NCBI GenBank assembly: GCA_963816145.1
Contig: CAWFJP010000030.1
Span: 544,001 to 608,000, forward strand
Source of the DNA: an uncultured delta proteobacterium
GTDB taxonomy: Bacteria; Desulfobacterota; Binatia; UBA9968
Direction of reading: 5' to 3'
DNA: 64,000 bases
The position numbers and the translations under genes are program-made. Positions 18,468 through 29,875 of this stretch are shown here, one piece after another. The notes under the pieces are model-generated. The model saw only the letters and a list, made by a program, of their open reading frames with translations. It was not told the DNA's origin and did no database searches. Position 1 is the stretch's first letter. Every line of letters starts with the position of its first letter.

Positions 18468-19853
18468 ATGGCCGACCAAACCGCGACATTATTGCGTGAG
18501 CTTCCATCCATCGATCGCCTGCTCAATCATGCGCGCTGCGCTGCGCTGCTGACGCGATACAATCGCGATTACGTGACGCAGAAGTGCCGCGGGGCGTTGG
18601 ATCACCTGCGCGCGAATATCCGCCAAGGCAAAGGCCAACTCCTGAGTGACGACACCATCCTCGACCAAATCGAGGCGCAGATCGAACTGGAAAGCCGGCC
18701 CGGCCATATCCGCGTCGTCAACGCCACCGGAACCATCCTGCATACCAATCTCGGTCGCGCCCTGCTGTCGCAGGCGGCCATCGACGCCATGGTCGCGGTA
18801 GCCGGCACGCCGATCAATTTGGAATACGATCTCGCCGCCGGCAAACGCGGCAAACGCGAAGAAACCTTAGAGCAATTGCTGGTCGATCTCACCGGCGCAG
18901 AAGCAGCGACCGTGGTCAATAACAACGCCGCCGCCGTGCTATTGGCGCTGAATTCATTGGCCCAAGGCAAGGAAGTCATCGTCTCGCGCGGCGAACTGAT
19001 CGAAATCGGCGGCGCATTTAGAATTCCCGAGATCATGGCCAAGAGCGGTGCGATTCTGCGCGAGGTCGGCGCGACCAACAGAACCCATCCGGCGGATTAC
19101 GAAAACGCCATCAACGAAAACACCGCCCTGCTGCTCAAAGTCCACACCAGCAACTACAAGGTCGTCGGCTTCACCGCCGACGTGGCGCTCGAGCAAATGG
19201 TCGCAATCGGCAGGAAACATAATCTGCCGGTGATGGAAGACTTGGGCAGCGGCGCGTTGATCGACCTGAGCAAATTCGGCCTGCCCAAAGAGCCGCTGGT
19301 CGGCGAAAGAATCGCCGCCGGCGCCGATGTCGTCACTTTCAGCGGCGACAAGATTCTCGGCGGCCCGCAAGCGGGATTGATAGTCGGCAAAAAAGATCTT
19401 ATCGGCAAGATGAGCAAGAATCATCTGCAACGCGCGCTCCGCTGCGGCAAGTTGACGCTCGCCGCTTTGGAAGCGACGCTGCGCCGCTATCGCCAATCGC
19501 CGAACATCGTCGAAGAAATTCCAACCCTGCGAGCGTTCACCCGGTCGGTAGAAGAAGTCCGGGCAATGGGCCAGTCATTGCTACCGCAACTAGAAATCGC
19601 ACTCGGCAAAGATTTTCTCCTATCGCTGCAAGACTCGACCTCGCAGATCGGCAGCGGCGCCATGCCAACTGAAGAACTGCCGACGGTCGTGATCACCATC
19701 GAAAACTCAAAACTAAGCGCCAACGCCATCGCAAAACGATTTAGACAAGCGAATCCGCCAATCATCGGCAGAATCAAAGACGACCAATTTCTCTTAGACC
19801 TAAGAACGATCTTCGACGCCGAAGACCTAGTGCCAAACCTCCGATCCGAATAA
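18468..19853 (+). CDS. selA: L-seryl-tRNA(Sec) selenium transferase
   Basis: VNATGTILHTNLGRA, VNNNAAA, SRGELIEIGGAFRIP, FSGDKILGGPQAG. Confidence 0.97.
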   Translation: MADQTATLLRELPSIDRLLNHARCAALLTRYNRDYVTQKCRGALDHLRANIRQGKGQLLSDDTILDQIEAQIELESRPGHIRVVNATGTILHTNLGRALLSQAAIDAMVAVAGTPINLEYDLAAGKRGKREETLEQLLVDLTGAEAATVVNNNAAAVLLALNSLAQGKEVIVSRGELIEIGGAFRIPEIMAKSGAILREVGATNRTHPADYENAINENTALLLKVHTSNYKVVGFTADVALEQMVAIGRKHNLPVMEDLGSGALIDLSKFGLPKEPLVGERIAAGADVVTFSGDKILGGPQAGLIVGKKDLIGKMSKNHLQRALRCGKLTLAALEATLRRYRQSPNIVEEIPTLRAFTRSVEEVRAMGQSLLPQLEIALGKDFLLSLQDSTSQIGSGAMPTEELPTVVITIENSKLSANAIAKRFRQANPPIIGRIKDDQFLLDLRTIFDAEDLVPNLRSE

Positions 19854-19886
19854 TTTTCCATTCTCCATTATCAATTAATTAACCCC

Positions 19887-21815
19887 ATGCCCTACATCAT
19901 CGGCACCGCCGGCCACATCGACCATGGCAAAACCAGCCTGATCAAAGCGCTCACCGGCACCGACACCGACAGATTGAAGGAAGAAAAAGAGCGCGGCATC
20001 TCCATCGATCTAGGCTTCGCCCATCTCGACCTGCCGGATGGTACTTCGGCTGGCATCGTCGACGTTCCCGGCCACGAGCGCTTTATCAAAAACATGCTCG
20101 CCGGCGCCCACGGCATCGATCTGGTGCTATTCACCGTCGCCGCCGACGACGGCGTCATGCCGCAGACCGAAGAGCATCTCGACATCGTTCATTTGCTCGG
20201 CATCAAGATGGCGATCTTCGTCATCACCAAGGCCGATCTCGCGCCGGCGCGCATCGCCGACGTCGAAGAAGAGATCGACATCCTCACCCTCGGCACGAGT
20301 CTCGAAAACTCACCCAAGATCGCGGTGTCATCGGTGACCGGCCAAGGCCTTGAAGAGCTCAAGCAGCTGATCTCCAAGACGTTGAAATCCGCCGATCACG
20401 CCGCGCCGTCCGGCTATTTTCGCCTGCCGGTGGACCGCGCTTTCGTCCTGCAAGGCCATGGTGTCGTGGTCACCGGCACTTCGCTCTCCGGCGAGATCAA
20501 AGTCGGTGAGCAGGTGCGCTGCTTGCCCGGCGACAATTTGTTCCGCGTGCGCAGCTTGCAGGTGCATGGCCAATCGGTTGAGCGCGCTGTCTGGGGCCAG
20601 CGCGTCGCGATGAATTTGACCGGCCCCGAGCGCGCCTCCATCGAGCGCGGCCAGGTCATTTGCCACGAGAAGCTGGCGCTCACTTCGAATCGCTTCGACG
20701 CCTTTTTGGAAGTGCGGCCGGCGGCGGCCAAGGGCATCAAGAACCATCAGCGCCTGCGCATTCACATGGGCGCCGCCGAGCGCCTCGGCAAGATCGTCCT
20801 GCTCGGCGACAAGGACAAGGCCGAGCCCAAAGAGTCGGTGTATTGCCAGATTACCCTCGAAGAACCGCTGCTGGTTCTGCGTGGCGACCGCTTCGTCGCC
20901 CGCGACGAAACGGCACAACGCACCCTCGGCGGCGGCACCGTCATCCACCCCTGGGCCAAACGGCACAAGCGCGGCGAAGCCAACTTGCTCGATCGGCTCA
21001 AAGCGCTCCACACCGGTGATTTCGCGCAATTAGTTGAAGAGTTCTTGAACGACAGCGGCGACTTCGCAATCGCCATCGACGCGATTTATCAGTTCTTGAA
21101 CCTGCGCGAGGAAGAATCCCGGCAAAAAGTCGACGCTTTGAAATCCCTGCGCGCGGTCAACGCAGAGGGCGAAAAAGTCTACACCACCGAGTTGAAATGG
21201 AGCCGGCTCAAGGAGCGGCTGCTCAAGAGCCTCAAGGAATTCCACGCCGCCCATCCGTTGGTCCCGGGCATGGACATGGAGGAGCTGCGCGGCAAGCTCG
21301 GTTACAAGCTTTCGCCGAAAATCTTTCGCGTCGTCGTCGACCTGTTCAGCAAAGAGAAGTTGATCGCCAAAGAAGAAAATCTCTTGCGCTTGGCGAGCCA
21401 CCAGGTCCAGCTCGGCGGCCAAGAAAAAGTCTTGATGGAAAAGATCAAAAAGGTTCTCGGCGAGCAGCCCTTGGCGCCGCCCGATTTGAAGGAAGTCGAA
21501 AAGCAAGCCGGCGTGCCGCGCAATCGTTTGAGCGAAGTCATTCGACTGCTGGAACGCGAAGGCGCGGTCGTGCGCATCACCACCGACATGTATTTCCTCG
21601 CTTCGAGCATCGAACAACTGCGCGCGACCTTGGTGCAATTTTTGACCGACAAGGGCGAGATGAACGCCGCCGCTTTTCGCGATCTGATCGGCTCGAGCCG
21701 CAAGTACACGATTCCTTTGTTGGAATACTTCGACCGCGTCGGCCTGACCATCCGCATCGGCGACATCCGCAAGCTCAAAGTGCCTCTCGCCGCGGTAAAA
21801 TCGCCGCTACGTTGA
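19887..21815 (+). CDS. selB: Selenocysteine-specific elongation factor
   Basis: [25 protein letters not shown]-terminal winged helix [13 protein letters not shown]. Confidence 0.97.
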   Translation: MPYIIGTAGHIDHGKTSLIKALTGTDTDRLKEEKERGISIDLGFAHLDLPDGTSAGIVDVPGHERFIKNMLAGAHGIDLVLFTVAADDGVMPQTEEHLDIVHLLGIKMAIFVITKADLAPARIADVEEEIDILTLGTSLENSPKIAVSSVTGQGLEELKQLISKTLKSADHAAPSGYFRLPVDRAFVLQGHGVVVTGTSLSGEIKVGEQVRCLPGDNLFRVRSLQVHGQSVERAVWGQRVAMNLTGPERASIERGQVICHEKLALTSNRFDAFLEVRPAAAKGIKNHQRLRIHMGAAERLGKIVLLGDKDKAEPKESVYCQITLEEPLLVLRGDRFVARDETAQRTLGGGTVIHPWAKRHKRGEANLLDRLKALHTGDFAQLVEEFLNDSGDFAIAIDAIYQFLNLREEESRQKVDALKSLRAVNAEGEKVYTTELKWSRLKERLLKSLKEFHAAHPLVPGMDMEELRGKLGYKLSPKIFRVVVDLFSKEKLIAKEENLLRLASHQVQLGGQEKVLMEKIKKVLGEQPLAPPDLKEVEKQAGVPRNRLSEVIRLLEREGAVVRITTDMYFLASSIEQLRATLVQFLTDKGEMNAAAFRDLIGSSRKYTIPLLEYFDRVGLTIRIGDIRKLKVPLAAVKSPLR

Positions 21816-21849
21816 ATTCCTCAGACAATCGAATTAAAGTCTCCTGGCT

Positions 21850-22905
21850 ATGATGTTAGGGAAAAAGAAAGCCGTGCGCTTGACGCAAGAGGTCAAAGCC
21901 GCGGGTTGAGCTGCCAAGCTCGGTCCGGGTGACCTGGCGCAAATCTTACACGACTTACCGAAGTTCAACGATCCCAACATGCTGGTCGGCACTGAAACCG
22001 CCGACGACGCAGGGGTGTACCGTTTACGCCCCGACCTGGCAATCGTCAATACCGTGGACTTCTTCACGCCCATCGTCGACGATCCTTACCTGTTCGGGCA
22101 GATTTCCGCGACTAACTCGCTGAGCGACGTCTACGCCATGGGCGGCGATCCCAAGACCTGCATGAACATCGTCTGCTTTCCCAAAGGCAAGATGGATATT
22201 TCCATCCTGGGCGAGATCCTCAAGGGCGGCGCCGATAAGGTCAAAGAGACCGGCGCTGTAATCATCGGCGGCCATAGCATTATCGATGAAGAGATTAAAT
22301 ACGGCATGGCGGTCACCGGAGTCATCCATCCGGACAAAATTTTTCGCAACGTCGGCGTCCAAGAAGGCGACGTATTGATTTTGACCAAACCACTAGGCAC
22401 CGGTATCATCACCACAGCGCTCAAACGCGGTAAGGCATCCGCCGAAAGCATCGCGCAAGCCGTAACCTCGATGACCACCCTCAATGCTGCCGCTTCATTC
22501 GTCGCGCGTAAATTTCCGGTCCACGCGGTTTCCGATGTCACCGGCTTCGGGGTCCTGGGCCATGCCCAGGAGATGGCCAGCGGCAGCGGCGTTACACTGA
22601 TTCTGGAGTCGGCAAAGCTACCGCTGCTCAGAAGCGCCGTGCGGCTCGCCGAAAAGGGCTACATCACCGGCGGCTGCAAGCGCAACAAAGATTATCTCGA
22701 CGATAAAATGGTAATCGAAAAGAGCGTCAGCGAAGGTCTGGCCGAAGTCGCCCTCGACCCTCAGACCTCCGGCGGCCTGCTCATCGCCATCGGTAAGAGA
22801 CATGCCGCCAAATTGATCGACGACCTGCACGCCGCCGGCGTCACCGCCGCCTGCGAAATCGGATACGCGACCTCACAGCAGAAGCCCTGGGTGCGCCTGG
22901 TTTGA
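21850..22905 (+). CDS. selD: Selenide, water dikinase, selenoprotein (UGA at codon 20 = Sec)
   Basis: ATG 21850 reads MMLGKKKAVRLTQEVKAAG-TGA(21907-21909)-AAKLGP in frame with ORF 21979; DDAGV, VDFFTP, DVTGFG, DPQTSGGLL. Confidence 0.95.
21913..21938 (+). promoter_or_regulatory. Putative bacterial SECIS hairpin of selD
   Basis: GCCA...GGTC-CGGGT-GACC-TGGC; G-containing apical loop starts about 17 nt after the UGA. Confidence 0.6.
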
Positions 22906-23067
22906 TAGCCACGGCTGCTCGACTCCGTTAAAATCGAACTTCCATTGGTTACGATTGCTGAACCCGGCGCAGGCAAGTGCGCCGCTCTTCGCGAGAATCT
23001 GGCCGCCAACGGTTGACTACCGAAACAAGTAAATTCACCGGCCATCTGCTAAACTGAGCCCATCCTC

Positions 23068-25170
23068 ATGCTTGTCCCCTTCGCCCTCGACCGCCTCGCG
23101 CGGCTATATAACATTCAACACAGGTATCGTGATGGGCTTGGGCAACTGCGACAAGCGCCGGCGGTAGCGATCTTCCGGGTGTTGCAGGCGCTCGGCGCGC
23201 CGGTGCACCGGATCGAGGAATCGCAAGACGCCTGGCGGCAGCGCCGCCAAGAACTGTGGCAACGGGTCATTGAGCCGGTGGTCGTCGTTTGGGCAAACCA
23301 ACCGGTGATACTGAAGGTTCGTGTACCCGCACAACTAGCGGAAACCTCTGCGAGCTTTCGCATCATTTTTGACAGCGGATCGACCATGGCAGGCGAACTC
23401 GGCGACGATCCCGCCAGCAACCCCGTCACCCGCGCCGTCGAAGGTTCGCGTTATACCACCCGCCGCTTCGTGGGCCCCGGCCCAATCCCACTTGGTTATC
23501 ATCGGCTCTATCTGCGCATCGGCGGTCTCGAAGTCGATAGCTTTTTGTTCTGCGCCCCGCCTCAGGCGTACGCGCCCGCCGAAAATAGCAAGCGCTGGGG
23601 GCTCTTCTGTCCGCTGTACGCGCTCCATTCCGAGCATGGCTGGGGCGCAGGTAATTTTTCCGATCTGAGCCAGTTGGTCGAGTTCACGGCCGGGCTCGGC
23701 GGTCACGCGGTCGCCACTCTGCCCATGCTCTCGAGCTTCTTAGACGAGCCCTTCAATCCGAGCCCTTACTCTCCGGTGAGCCGGCTGTTTTGGAATGAAT
23801 TCTATCTCGACATTGAAAACATCGCCGGGCTTGACGATTGCGCCGCGGCCAAGGCGCTGCTCTCCACCGACTTCAAGGCCGAGTTAAACCGGCTCCATGA
23901 CGCGCCGCTGGTGCCGTACCGTGAGACCATGGCGCGCAAGCGGGAAATCCTAACGGCGCTGCTGCGCGCCATACTCGCTAGTTCTTCTCGACGGCGCGGT
24001 GACTTTGAAAGTTTCATCGCCACCCACCCCACAGCGCATGACTACGCCGAGTTTCGCGCCAAGACCGAGCGCGAACGCAAGAGCTGGTTTGATTGGCCGG
24101 AGGAGAATCGCCAAGGCCAACTTCGAGCACAGGACTACGACGAATTTGCCAAGCTCTATCATCTCTACGTTCAGTGGCTGTGCGCCGAGCAAATTGCTGA
24201 GGTCGCCGCGAGCGCGCACACTCACGGCACCGCGCTCTATCTCGACTTCCCCCTTGGCGTCAACCGTGACGGCTATGATGTCTGGCGCCACCGGGATCTA
24301 TTCGCCCTCGGCATCAACGGCGGTGCTCCCCCCGACGGTTTGTATATCAAGGGCCAAACCTGGGGCTTTCCGCCGCTTCAACCAGAAGCGATCCGCCTGC
24401 AGGGCTACGGCTACTATATCGAATGCCTGCGCCATCACATGGGCCTGGCCGACATGCTGCGCATTGATCATGTGATGGGGCTGCATCGCGCCTTTTGGGT
24501 GCCCGATGGTTTTAGCGCCACTGACGGCGTCTACGTTCACGACCGCGCACCAGAGTTCTACGCGATATTGAATCTCGAATCGCACCGCCATCGGGTGCAG
24601 ATCGTCGGTGAAAATCTCGGCACTGTTCCCGAGTCCGTCAACGCAACCATGGCGCGGCGAAAAATCTACGGCATGCATGTCGGCCAGTTCGGCGTCAGCG
24701 GCGACCCGAGCCGCGCGCTTGACGCTACTCCCGCCGAGGTTGTCGCCAGCTTGAACACCCACGACACGGCGACGTTCATGGGATTCTGGCAGGAGAAAGA
24801 TATCGACGATCGTGTCGCTTTGGGGCTTCTCGATAATGAACAAGCCGATTCTGAGCGTCGCTACCGTACCGCGCAGAGAGACGCGCTAATCGCCTATCTG
24901 CAGGCCCAGGGTTATATCGGCGAGGAAGCTTCTGCAGCCGCCGTGCTGCGCGGCTGGCTGATTTATCTCGCCGGACAGCCGGCCGAGTTCCTTTTGATCA
25001 ACTTGGAAGACCTCTGGCTTGAGCCCACGCCGCAAAACGTCCCCGGCACTTGGCAGGAACGGCCCAACTGGCAGCGCAAGGCCGCTTACTCCATCGAGAA
25101 TATCCGCAGCCAAGCTGCCCTCCACGATCTTTTGCAGACAATCAGCGACATCCGTGCCCGGATAGTTTAG
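23068..25170 (+). CDS. malQ: 4-alpha-glucanotransferase (GH77)
   Basis: [38 protein letters not shown]...NWQRK. Confidence 0.92.
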   Translation: MLVPFALDRLARLYNIQHRYRDGLGQLRQAPAVAIFRVLQALGAPVHRIEESQDAWRQRRQELWQRVIEPVVVVWANQPVILKVRVPAQLAETSASFRIIFDSGSTMAGELGDDPASNPVTRAVEGSRYTTRRFVGPGPIPLGYHRLYLRIGGLEVDSFLFCAPPQAYAPAENSKRWGLFCPLYALHSEHGWGAGNFSDLSQLVEFTAGLGGHAVATLPMLSSFLDEPFNPSPYSPVSRLFWNEFYLDIENIAGLDDCAAAKALLSTDFKAELNRLHDAPLVPYRETMARKREILTALLRAILASSSRRRGDFESFIATHPTAHDYAEFRAKTERERKSWFDWPEENRQGQLRAQDYDEFAKLYHLYVQWLCAEQIAEVAASAHTHGTALYLDFPLGVNRDGYDVWRHRDLFALGINGGAPPDGLYIKGQTWGFPPLQPEAIRLQGYGYYIECLRHHMGLADMLRIDHVMGLHRAFWVPDGFSATDGVYVHDRAPEFYAILNLESHRHRVQIVGENLGTVPESVNATMARRKIYGMHVGQFGVSGDPSRALDATPAEVVASLNTHDTATFMGFWQEKDIDDRVALGLLDNEQADSERRYRTAQRDALIAYLQAQGYIGEEASAAAVLRGWLIYLAGQPAEFLLINLEDLWLEPTPQNVPGTWQERPNWQRKAAYSIENIRSQAALHDLLQTISDIRARIV

Positions 25171-25180
25171 AATATTGCTC

Positions 25181-27091
25181 ATGTCCGAAGCACCGCCGTT
25201 CAGTCTGCTCACCGCCCATGACAGCTACCTTTTCAATGAAGGCAGCCACTTTCGCCTCTACGACAAATTGGGCGCCCGAACGGTCCATGAGGGTGGAACC
25301 AGCGGCACCTATTTCGCCGTCTGGGCGCCCAATGCCGAGCGGGTTTCGCTCATCGGCGAATTCAACGGCTGGAACCGAACCAGTCACCCACTTAACGCCA
25401 AAGGCCAGACCGGTATCTGGGAAACCTTTCTACCGGGCGTCGGCAAGGGCGCACTCTACAAATTTCACATCGAGTCGCGCTTCAACGGCTACCGCGCCGA
25501 CAAGTCCGATCCATTCTCCCTGTTCAACGAGATTCCGCCCAAAAATGCATCGATCGTTTGGGATCTCGATTATGATTGGAACGATCAGCAATGGCTCGCC
25601 GGCCGCAAGCAGCGTAACGCTCTCGACAAGCCAATGGCGATCTATGAAATGCACCTGGGCTCGTGGCGGCGCGTCGCCGGCGAAGGCAACCGCTCGCTTT
25701 CCTACCGCGAGCTGGCGCCGCTGCTCGCCGACTACGTCGAATATCTCGGCTACACCCATGTCGAACTGTTGCCGGTGATGGACCATCCGTTCTTCGGCTC
25801 CTGGGGTTATCAAATCACCGGGTACTTCGCGCCATCGGGAAATTTCGGCACGCCGCAGGATTTGATGTACCTGATCGACACCCTGCATCAACGCGGCATC
25901 GGCGTCATCCTCGACTGGGTGCCGTCCCACTTCCCGAGCGACGAGCATGGCCTCGGCTACTTCGACGGCACCCATCTCTACGAACATGCCGACCCGCGCC
26001 AGGGTTATCATCCAGACTGGAAGAGCTACATTTTCAACTACGGGCGGCACGAGGTGCAGAGCTTTCTGATCAGCAACGCGCTGTTCTGGCTCGACAAGTA
26101 TCACATCGACAGTTTGCGCGTCGACGCCGTCGCCTCCATGCTCTATCTCGATTACGCGCGCAAGCACGGCGAGTGGATTCCCAATCAATACGGCGGCCGG
26201 GAGAATCTCGAGGCCATCGACTTTCTGCGCCGCTTCAACCATGTGATCTACGAGAATTATCCCGATAGCCAAACCATCGCCGAAGAGTCCACCGACTGGC
26301 CGATGGTGTCGCGGCCGACCCACTTGGGCGGTCTCGGCTTCGGTCTCAAATGGGACATGGGCTGGATGCACGACACGTTGGAATACTTTCGCAAAGATCC
26401 GGTGCACCGGCGCTACCATCAAAGAAATCTCAGCTTTCGCATGCTCTACGCCTTTCACGAAAACTTCGTCCTGCCGCTATCGCACGACGAATCGGTGTAC
26501 GGCAAAGGCTCGCTTTTGGAGAAAATGGCCGGCGACGATTGGCAGAAGTTCGCCAACCTGCGCGCGCTCTACGGTTACATGTATGCCCAGCCGGGCAAGA
26601 AACTGCTGTTCATGGGCGGCGAATTCGCCCAGCGGCGGGAGTGGGTCCATGATTCCAGTCTCGATTGGGAACTGCTCGACTATCCCGCCCACGCCGGCGT
26701 GCAGCGCTGGGTGCGCGACTTGAATCAGCTCTACCGCGAAGAGCCGGCGCTCCATGAACGCGACTGCGACCCCGCGGGGTTCGAATGGATCGATTGCGAT
26801 GACGCGGAGAGCAGTGTCGTGAGCTTGCTGCGCAAGGGTCAATCGACCGCGGCCCTGGTAGTGGCCGTGTGCAACTTCACGCCCGTGCCGCGCTGGGGTT
26901 ATCGCCTCGGTGTGCCGCGCGCCGGCTTCTGGCGCGAGGCCTTGAATAGCGACGCAGTCGAATACGGCGGCAGCGGCGTCGGCAATCTCGGCGGCCTCGA
27001 GACTGAACCGGTGGCGCACCATGGCCGGCCTTGGTCCTTGGTGCTGACCTTGCCGCCATTGTCGGTAATGTTTTTCACCAACATTCTGTAA
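25181..27091 (+). CDS. glgB: 1,4-alpha-glucan branching enzyme (short form)
   Basis: [42 protein letters not shown]. Confidence 0.95.
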   Translation: MSEAPPFSLLTAHDSYLFNEGSHFRLYDKLGARTVHEGGTSGTYFAVWAPNAERVSLIGEFNGWNRTSHPLNAKGQTGIWETFLPGVGKGALYKFHIESRFNGYRADKSDPFSLFNEIPPKNASIVWDLDYDWNDQQWLAGRKQRNALDKPMAIYEMHLGSWRRVAGEGNRSLSYRELAPLLADYVEYLGYTHVELLPVMDHPFFGSWGYQITGYFAPSGNFGTPQDLMYLIDTLHQRGIGVILDWVPSHFPSDEHGLGYFDGTHLYEHADPRQGYHPDWKSYIFNYGRHEVQSFLISNALFWLDKYHIDSLRVDAVASMLYLDYARKHGEWIPNQYGGRENLEAIDFLRRFNHVIYENYPDSQTIAEESTDWPMVSRPTHLGGLGFGLKWDMGWMHDTLEYFRKDPVHRRYHQRNLSFRMLYAFHENFVLPLSHDESVYGKGSLLEKMAGDDWQKFANLRALYGYMYAQPGKKLLFMGGEFAQRREWVHDSSLDWELLDYPAHAGVQRWVRDLNQLYREEPALHERDCDPAGFEWIDCDDAESSVVSLLRKGQSTAALVVAVCNFTPVPRWGYRLGVPRAGFWREALNSDAVEYGGSGVGNLGGLETEPVAHHGRPWSLVLTLPPLSVMFFTNIL

Positions 27092-27107
27092 TTCATCTTC
27101 GCTAACG

Positions 27108-28547
27108 ATGAAGATCGCCATGATCGCTTCCGAGGCCGGCCCCTTCGCCAAGACCGGCGGCCTGGCCGATGTCCTGGGTACGCTGTCTCCGGCCATCGAG
27201 CGGCTCGGTGACCAAGTCACGGTGATTCTCCCGGCTTACCGCAGCGTGCTCCGGGGCGAGTTTGCACTGCAAGAGACCGGCATGACGCTGTCAGTACCGG
27301 TGTCTGCTCGCCAGGAACAAGCGGCGGTGCTGCGGACGTCCATCGGCAAATCGGTCACCGTCTATCTGGTTCGCGCCGATAAGTATTTCGACCGGGATTT
27401 TCTATATGGCACGCCGACCCAGGACTATACCGACAATGCCGAACGCTTTGTCTTCTTCTGCCGCGCCGCATTGGAAATCCTCGCCGCCGAGCCGGTCGAC
27501 ATCCTCCACGCCCATGACTGGCAAGCCGCTTTGACCCTTGTGTTTTTGAAGACCCAAGCGCCGCGCTATCGCGCCACCGCGGGTGCGAAGACCGTATTCA
27601 CCGTCCATAACCTGGCCTTCCAAGGAATCTTCTCGCCGCTCGATTGGCATCTGTTGAATCTCGAGAGCGCATTTTTCACGCCGCAGTTCTTGGAGTACTA
27701 CGGCAACATTAACTTTCTGAAAGGCGCCCTGGTTTTTGCCGACAAGCTTACGACGGTGAGCCCGACCTACGCCCAGGAGATCATGACGCCGGAACAAGGA
27801 TTCGGACTCGAGGGCGTGCTGCGCCAGCGCGCCGGTGATTTGGTGGGAATCTTGAACGGCATCAACGACAGCCAGTGGAATCCCTGGACCGATCCTCTGA
27901 TCAAGCATCACTACGGTGGGAACAGCTTGACGACCAAGCGCAGATGCAAGACAGCGCTGCGTCAACAGGTCGGCCTGCCGGATAAGCCCGATACCCCCAT
28001 CGTCGCGATGATTTCCCGGCTGACCGCCCAAAAGGGCCTCGATCTGGTTGAAACAGGCTTTCCCGAGCTGATGGAACGGGAACTCCAATTCATTCTACTT
28101 GGCAACGGCGAGCCGCGCTATGAACAGTTTTTTCGCGCTGCCGCGCTCCAGTATCCCGAGCGTGTCGCCGTTCGCATCGGCTTCGACGAACGGTTGGCGC
28201 ACGAGATCGAAGCCGGCGCCGACTTATTCTTGATGCCGTCGCATTTCGAACCCTGCGGTTTGAATCAAATGTTCAGTTTAAAATACGGCACGATTCCCAT
28301 CGTCCGCGCCGTCGGCGGCTTGAAAGACTCCGTCCAGGACTACGATCCGGAAAACAACTCGGGCACCGGATTGGTTTTCACCGACTACAATGCGGCGGCC
28401 ATGCTCGCGGCCATCGATCGCGGCCTCTCGGCCTATGACGACAAGAAGAATTGGACGGCTTTGCGCCGCCGCGCCATGGCGATGGATTTCTCTTGGGAGC
28501 GCTCGGCGCAACTCTACCGGGATCTGTACAGAACACTTGTACCGTAA
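27108..28547 (+). CDS. glgA: Glycogen synthase
   Basis: KTGGLADV, HAHDWQ, PSHFEPCGLNQM. Confidence 0.95.
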   Translation: MKIAMIASEAGPFAKTGGLADVLGTLSPAIERLGDQVTVILPAYRSVLRGEFALQETGMTLSVPVSARQEQAAVLRTSIGKSVTVYLVRADKYFDRDFLYGTPTQDYTDNAERFVFFCRAALEILAAEPVDILHAHDWQAALTLVFLKTQAPRYRATAGAKTVFTVHNLAFQGIFSPLDWHLLNLESAFFTPQFLEYYGNINFLKGALVFADKLTTVSPTYAQEIMTPEQGFGLEGVLRQRAGDLVGILNGINDSQWNPWTDPLIKHHYGGNSLTTKRRCKTALRQQVGLPDKPDTPIVAMISRLTAQKGLDLVETGFPELMERELQFILLGNGEPRYEQFFRAAALQYPERVAVRIGFDERLAHEIEAGADLFLMPSHFEPCGLNQMFSLKYGTIPIVRAVGGLKDSVQDYDPENNSGTGLVFTDYNAAAMLAAIDRGLSAYDDKKNWTALRRRAMAMDFSWERSAQLYRDLYRTLVP

Positions 28548-28568
28548 CGAAAGGTTGGAGCAAGAAGA

Positions 28569-29819
28569 ATGATGTACGTGCTAGGTGTAGTCATGGCCGG
28601 CGGTCGCGGCGAGCGGCTCTATCCCCTGACCCAGCATCGGGCCAAGCCCGCCGTCCCCTTCGGCGGCCGTTATCGGATTATCGATTTCGTGCTGTCGAAC
28701 TTTGTCAACTCGGGCATCTTATCGATTTACGTCGTTACCCAATTCAAGGCGCAATCGCTCCTCGAACACCTCGACCGCGGCTGGCGGGCGACGGACTTCT
28801 TGGGCGACCATTTCATCACGCCGGTGCCGGCGCAAATGCGCTCGGGCGACGACTGGTACCAGGGCACCGCCGATTCGGTCTATCAGAACCTCTATTTGCT
28901 CGAACGGCACAAACCGACCTTGGTGGCGGTCTTCGGCGCCGACCATATTTATCGCATGAATATCCGGCAAATGATCGACGAGCATAGAAACAAATCGGCC
29001 GAAGTCACCGTCGCGGCGATTCCCGTGAAGCTCCAAGAGGCCTCGCAATTCGGCGTCATCGAAATCGACGCCGATTGGCGCATTGTCGGTTTCGAGGAAA
29101 AGCCCAAAGAACCCAAAGCGATTCCCGGTGAACCCGACTATGCACTGGTGTCGATGGGCAACTATCTTTTCAACAATGAAGTTCTCGTCGATGCCTTGAA
29201 AGCCGACGCCGCCAATCCCGCGAGCAACCATGACTTCGGCCGCGACCTGCTGCCGGGCTTTATCAATAACGGCCGCATGTTCGCCTATGATTTTCGCCAG
29301 AACTACGTGCCCAACCCGTCCAAGGGCGAGGAACACAGCTATTGGCGCGACTTGGGCACCATAGAAGCCTACTACGACGCCAGCATGGACCTTTGCTCCA
29401 TCGATCCGTCGTTCAACTTATACAACCGCGCCTGGCCGCTGCGCACCGTCGGCTACGCCGACCCGCCGGCAAAATTCGTCTTCGATTGGCCCGACCGCAG
29501 AGGCATGGCGGTCGATTCGGTGGTCGCCGAAGGCACGATCATCAGCGGCAGCGATGTCCACAACAGCATTATTGGGCGCAACGTGCGCATCCATAGCTAC
29601 AGCCATATCGAAAATTCGGTCATCATGGACTGGGTGGAGATCGGCCGGAACTGCCGCATACGCAATGCCATCATCGACAAGGCCAACGTGATTCCATCCG
29701 GCACGGAAATCGGCTACGACTTGGAGAAAGATCGCGAACGCCACTTCGTGTCGCCGACCGGCATCGTCGTTCTCGGCCGCGGCCCGCGTAAAACCACCTG
29801 GATCATGAACAACCCCTAG
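28569..29819 (+). CDS. glgC: Glucose-1-phosphate adenylyltransferase
   Basis: AGGRGERLYPLT, RAKPAVPFGG, WYQGTAD, FEEKP, DFGRD. Confidence 0.95.
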   Translation: MMYVLGVVMAGGRGERLYPLTQHRAKPAVPFGGRYRIIDFVLSNFVNSGILSIYVVTQFKAQSLLEHLDRGWRATDFLGDHFITPVPAQMRSGDDWYQGTADSVYQNLYLLERHKPTLVAVFGADHIYRMNIRQMIDEHRNKSAEVTVAAIPVKLQEASQFGVIEIDADWRIVGFEEKPKEPKAIPGEPDYALVSMGNYLFNNEVLVDALKADAANPASNHDFGRDLLPGFINNGRMFAYDFRQNYVPNPSKGEEHSYWRDLGTIEAYYDASMDLCSIDPSFNLYNRAWPLRTVGYADPPAKFVFDWPDRRGMAVDSVVAEGTIISGSDVHNSIIGRNVRIHSYSHIENSVIMDWVEIGRNCRIRNAIIDKANVIPSGTEIGYDLEKDRERHFVSPTGIVVLGRGPRKTTWIMNNP

Positions 29820-29875
29820 TCAGAGCCACGCTTCGGCAGAGCGCCATCATGGCATGCCGCCACATGAGTCGAACC

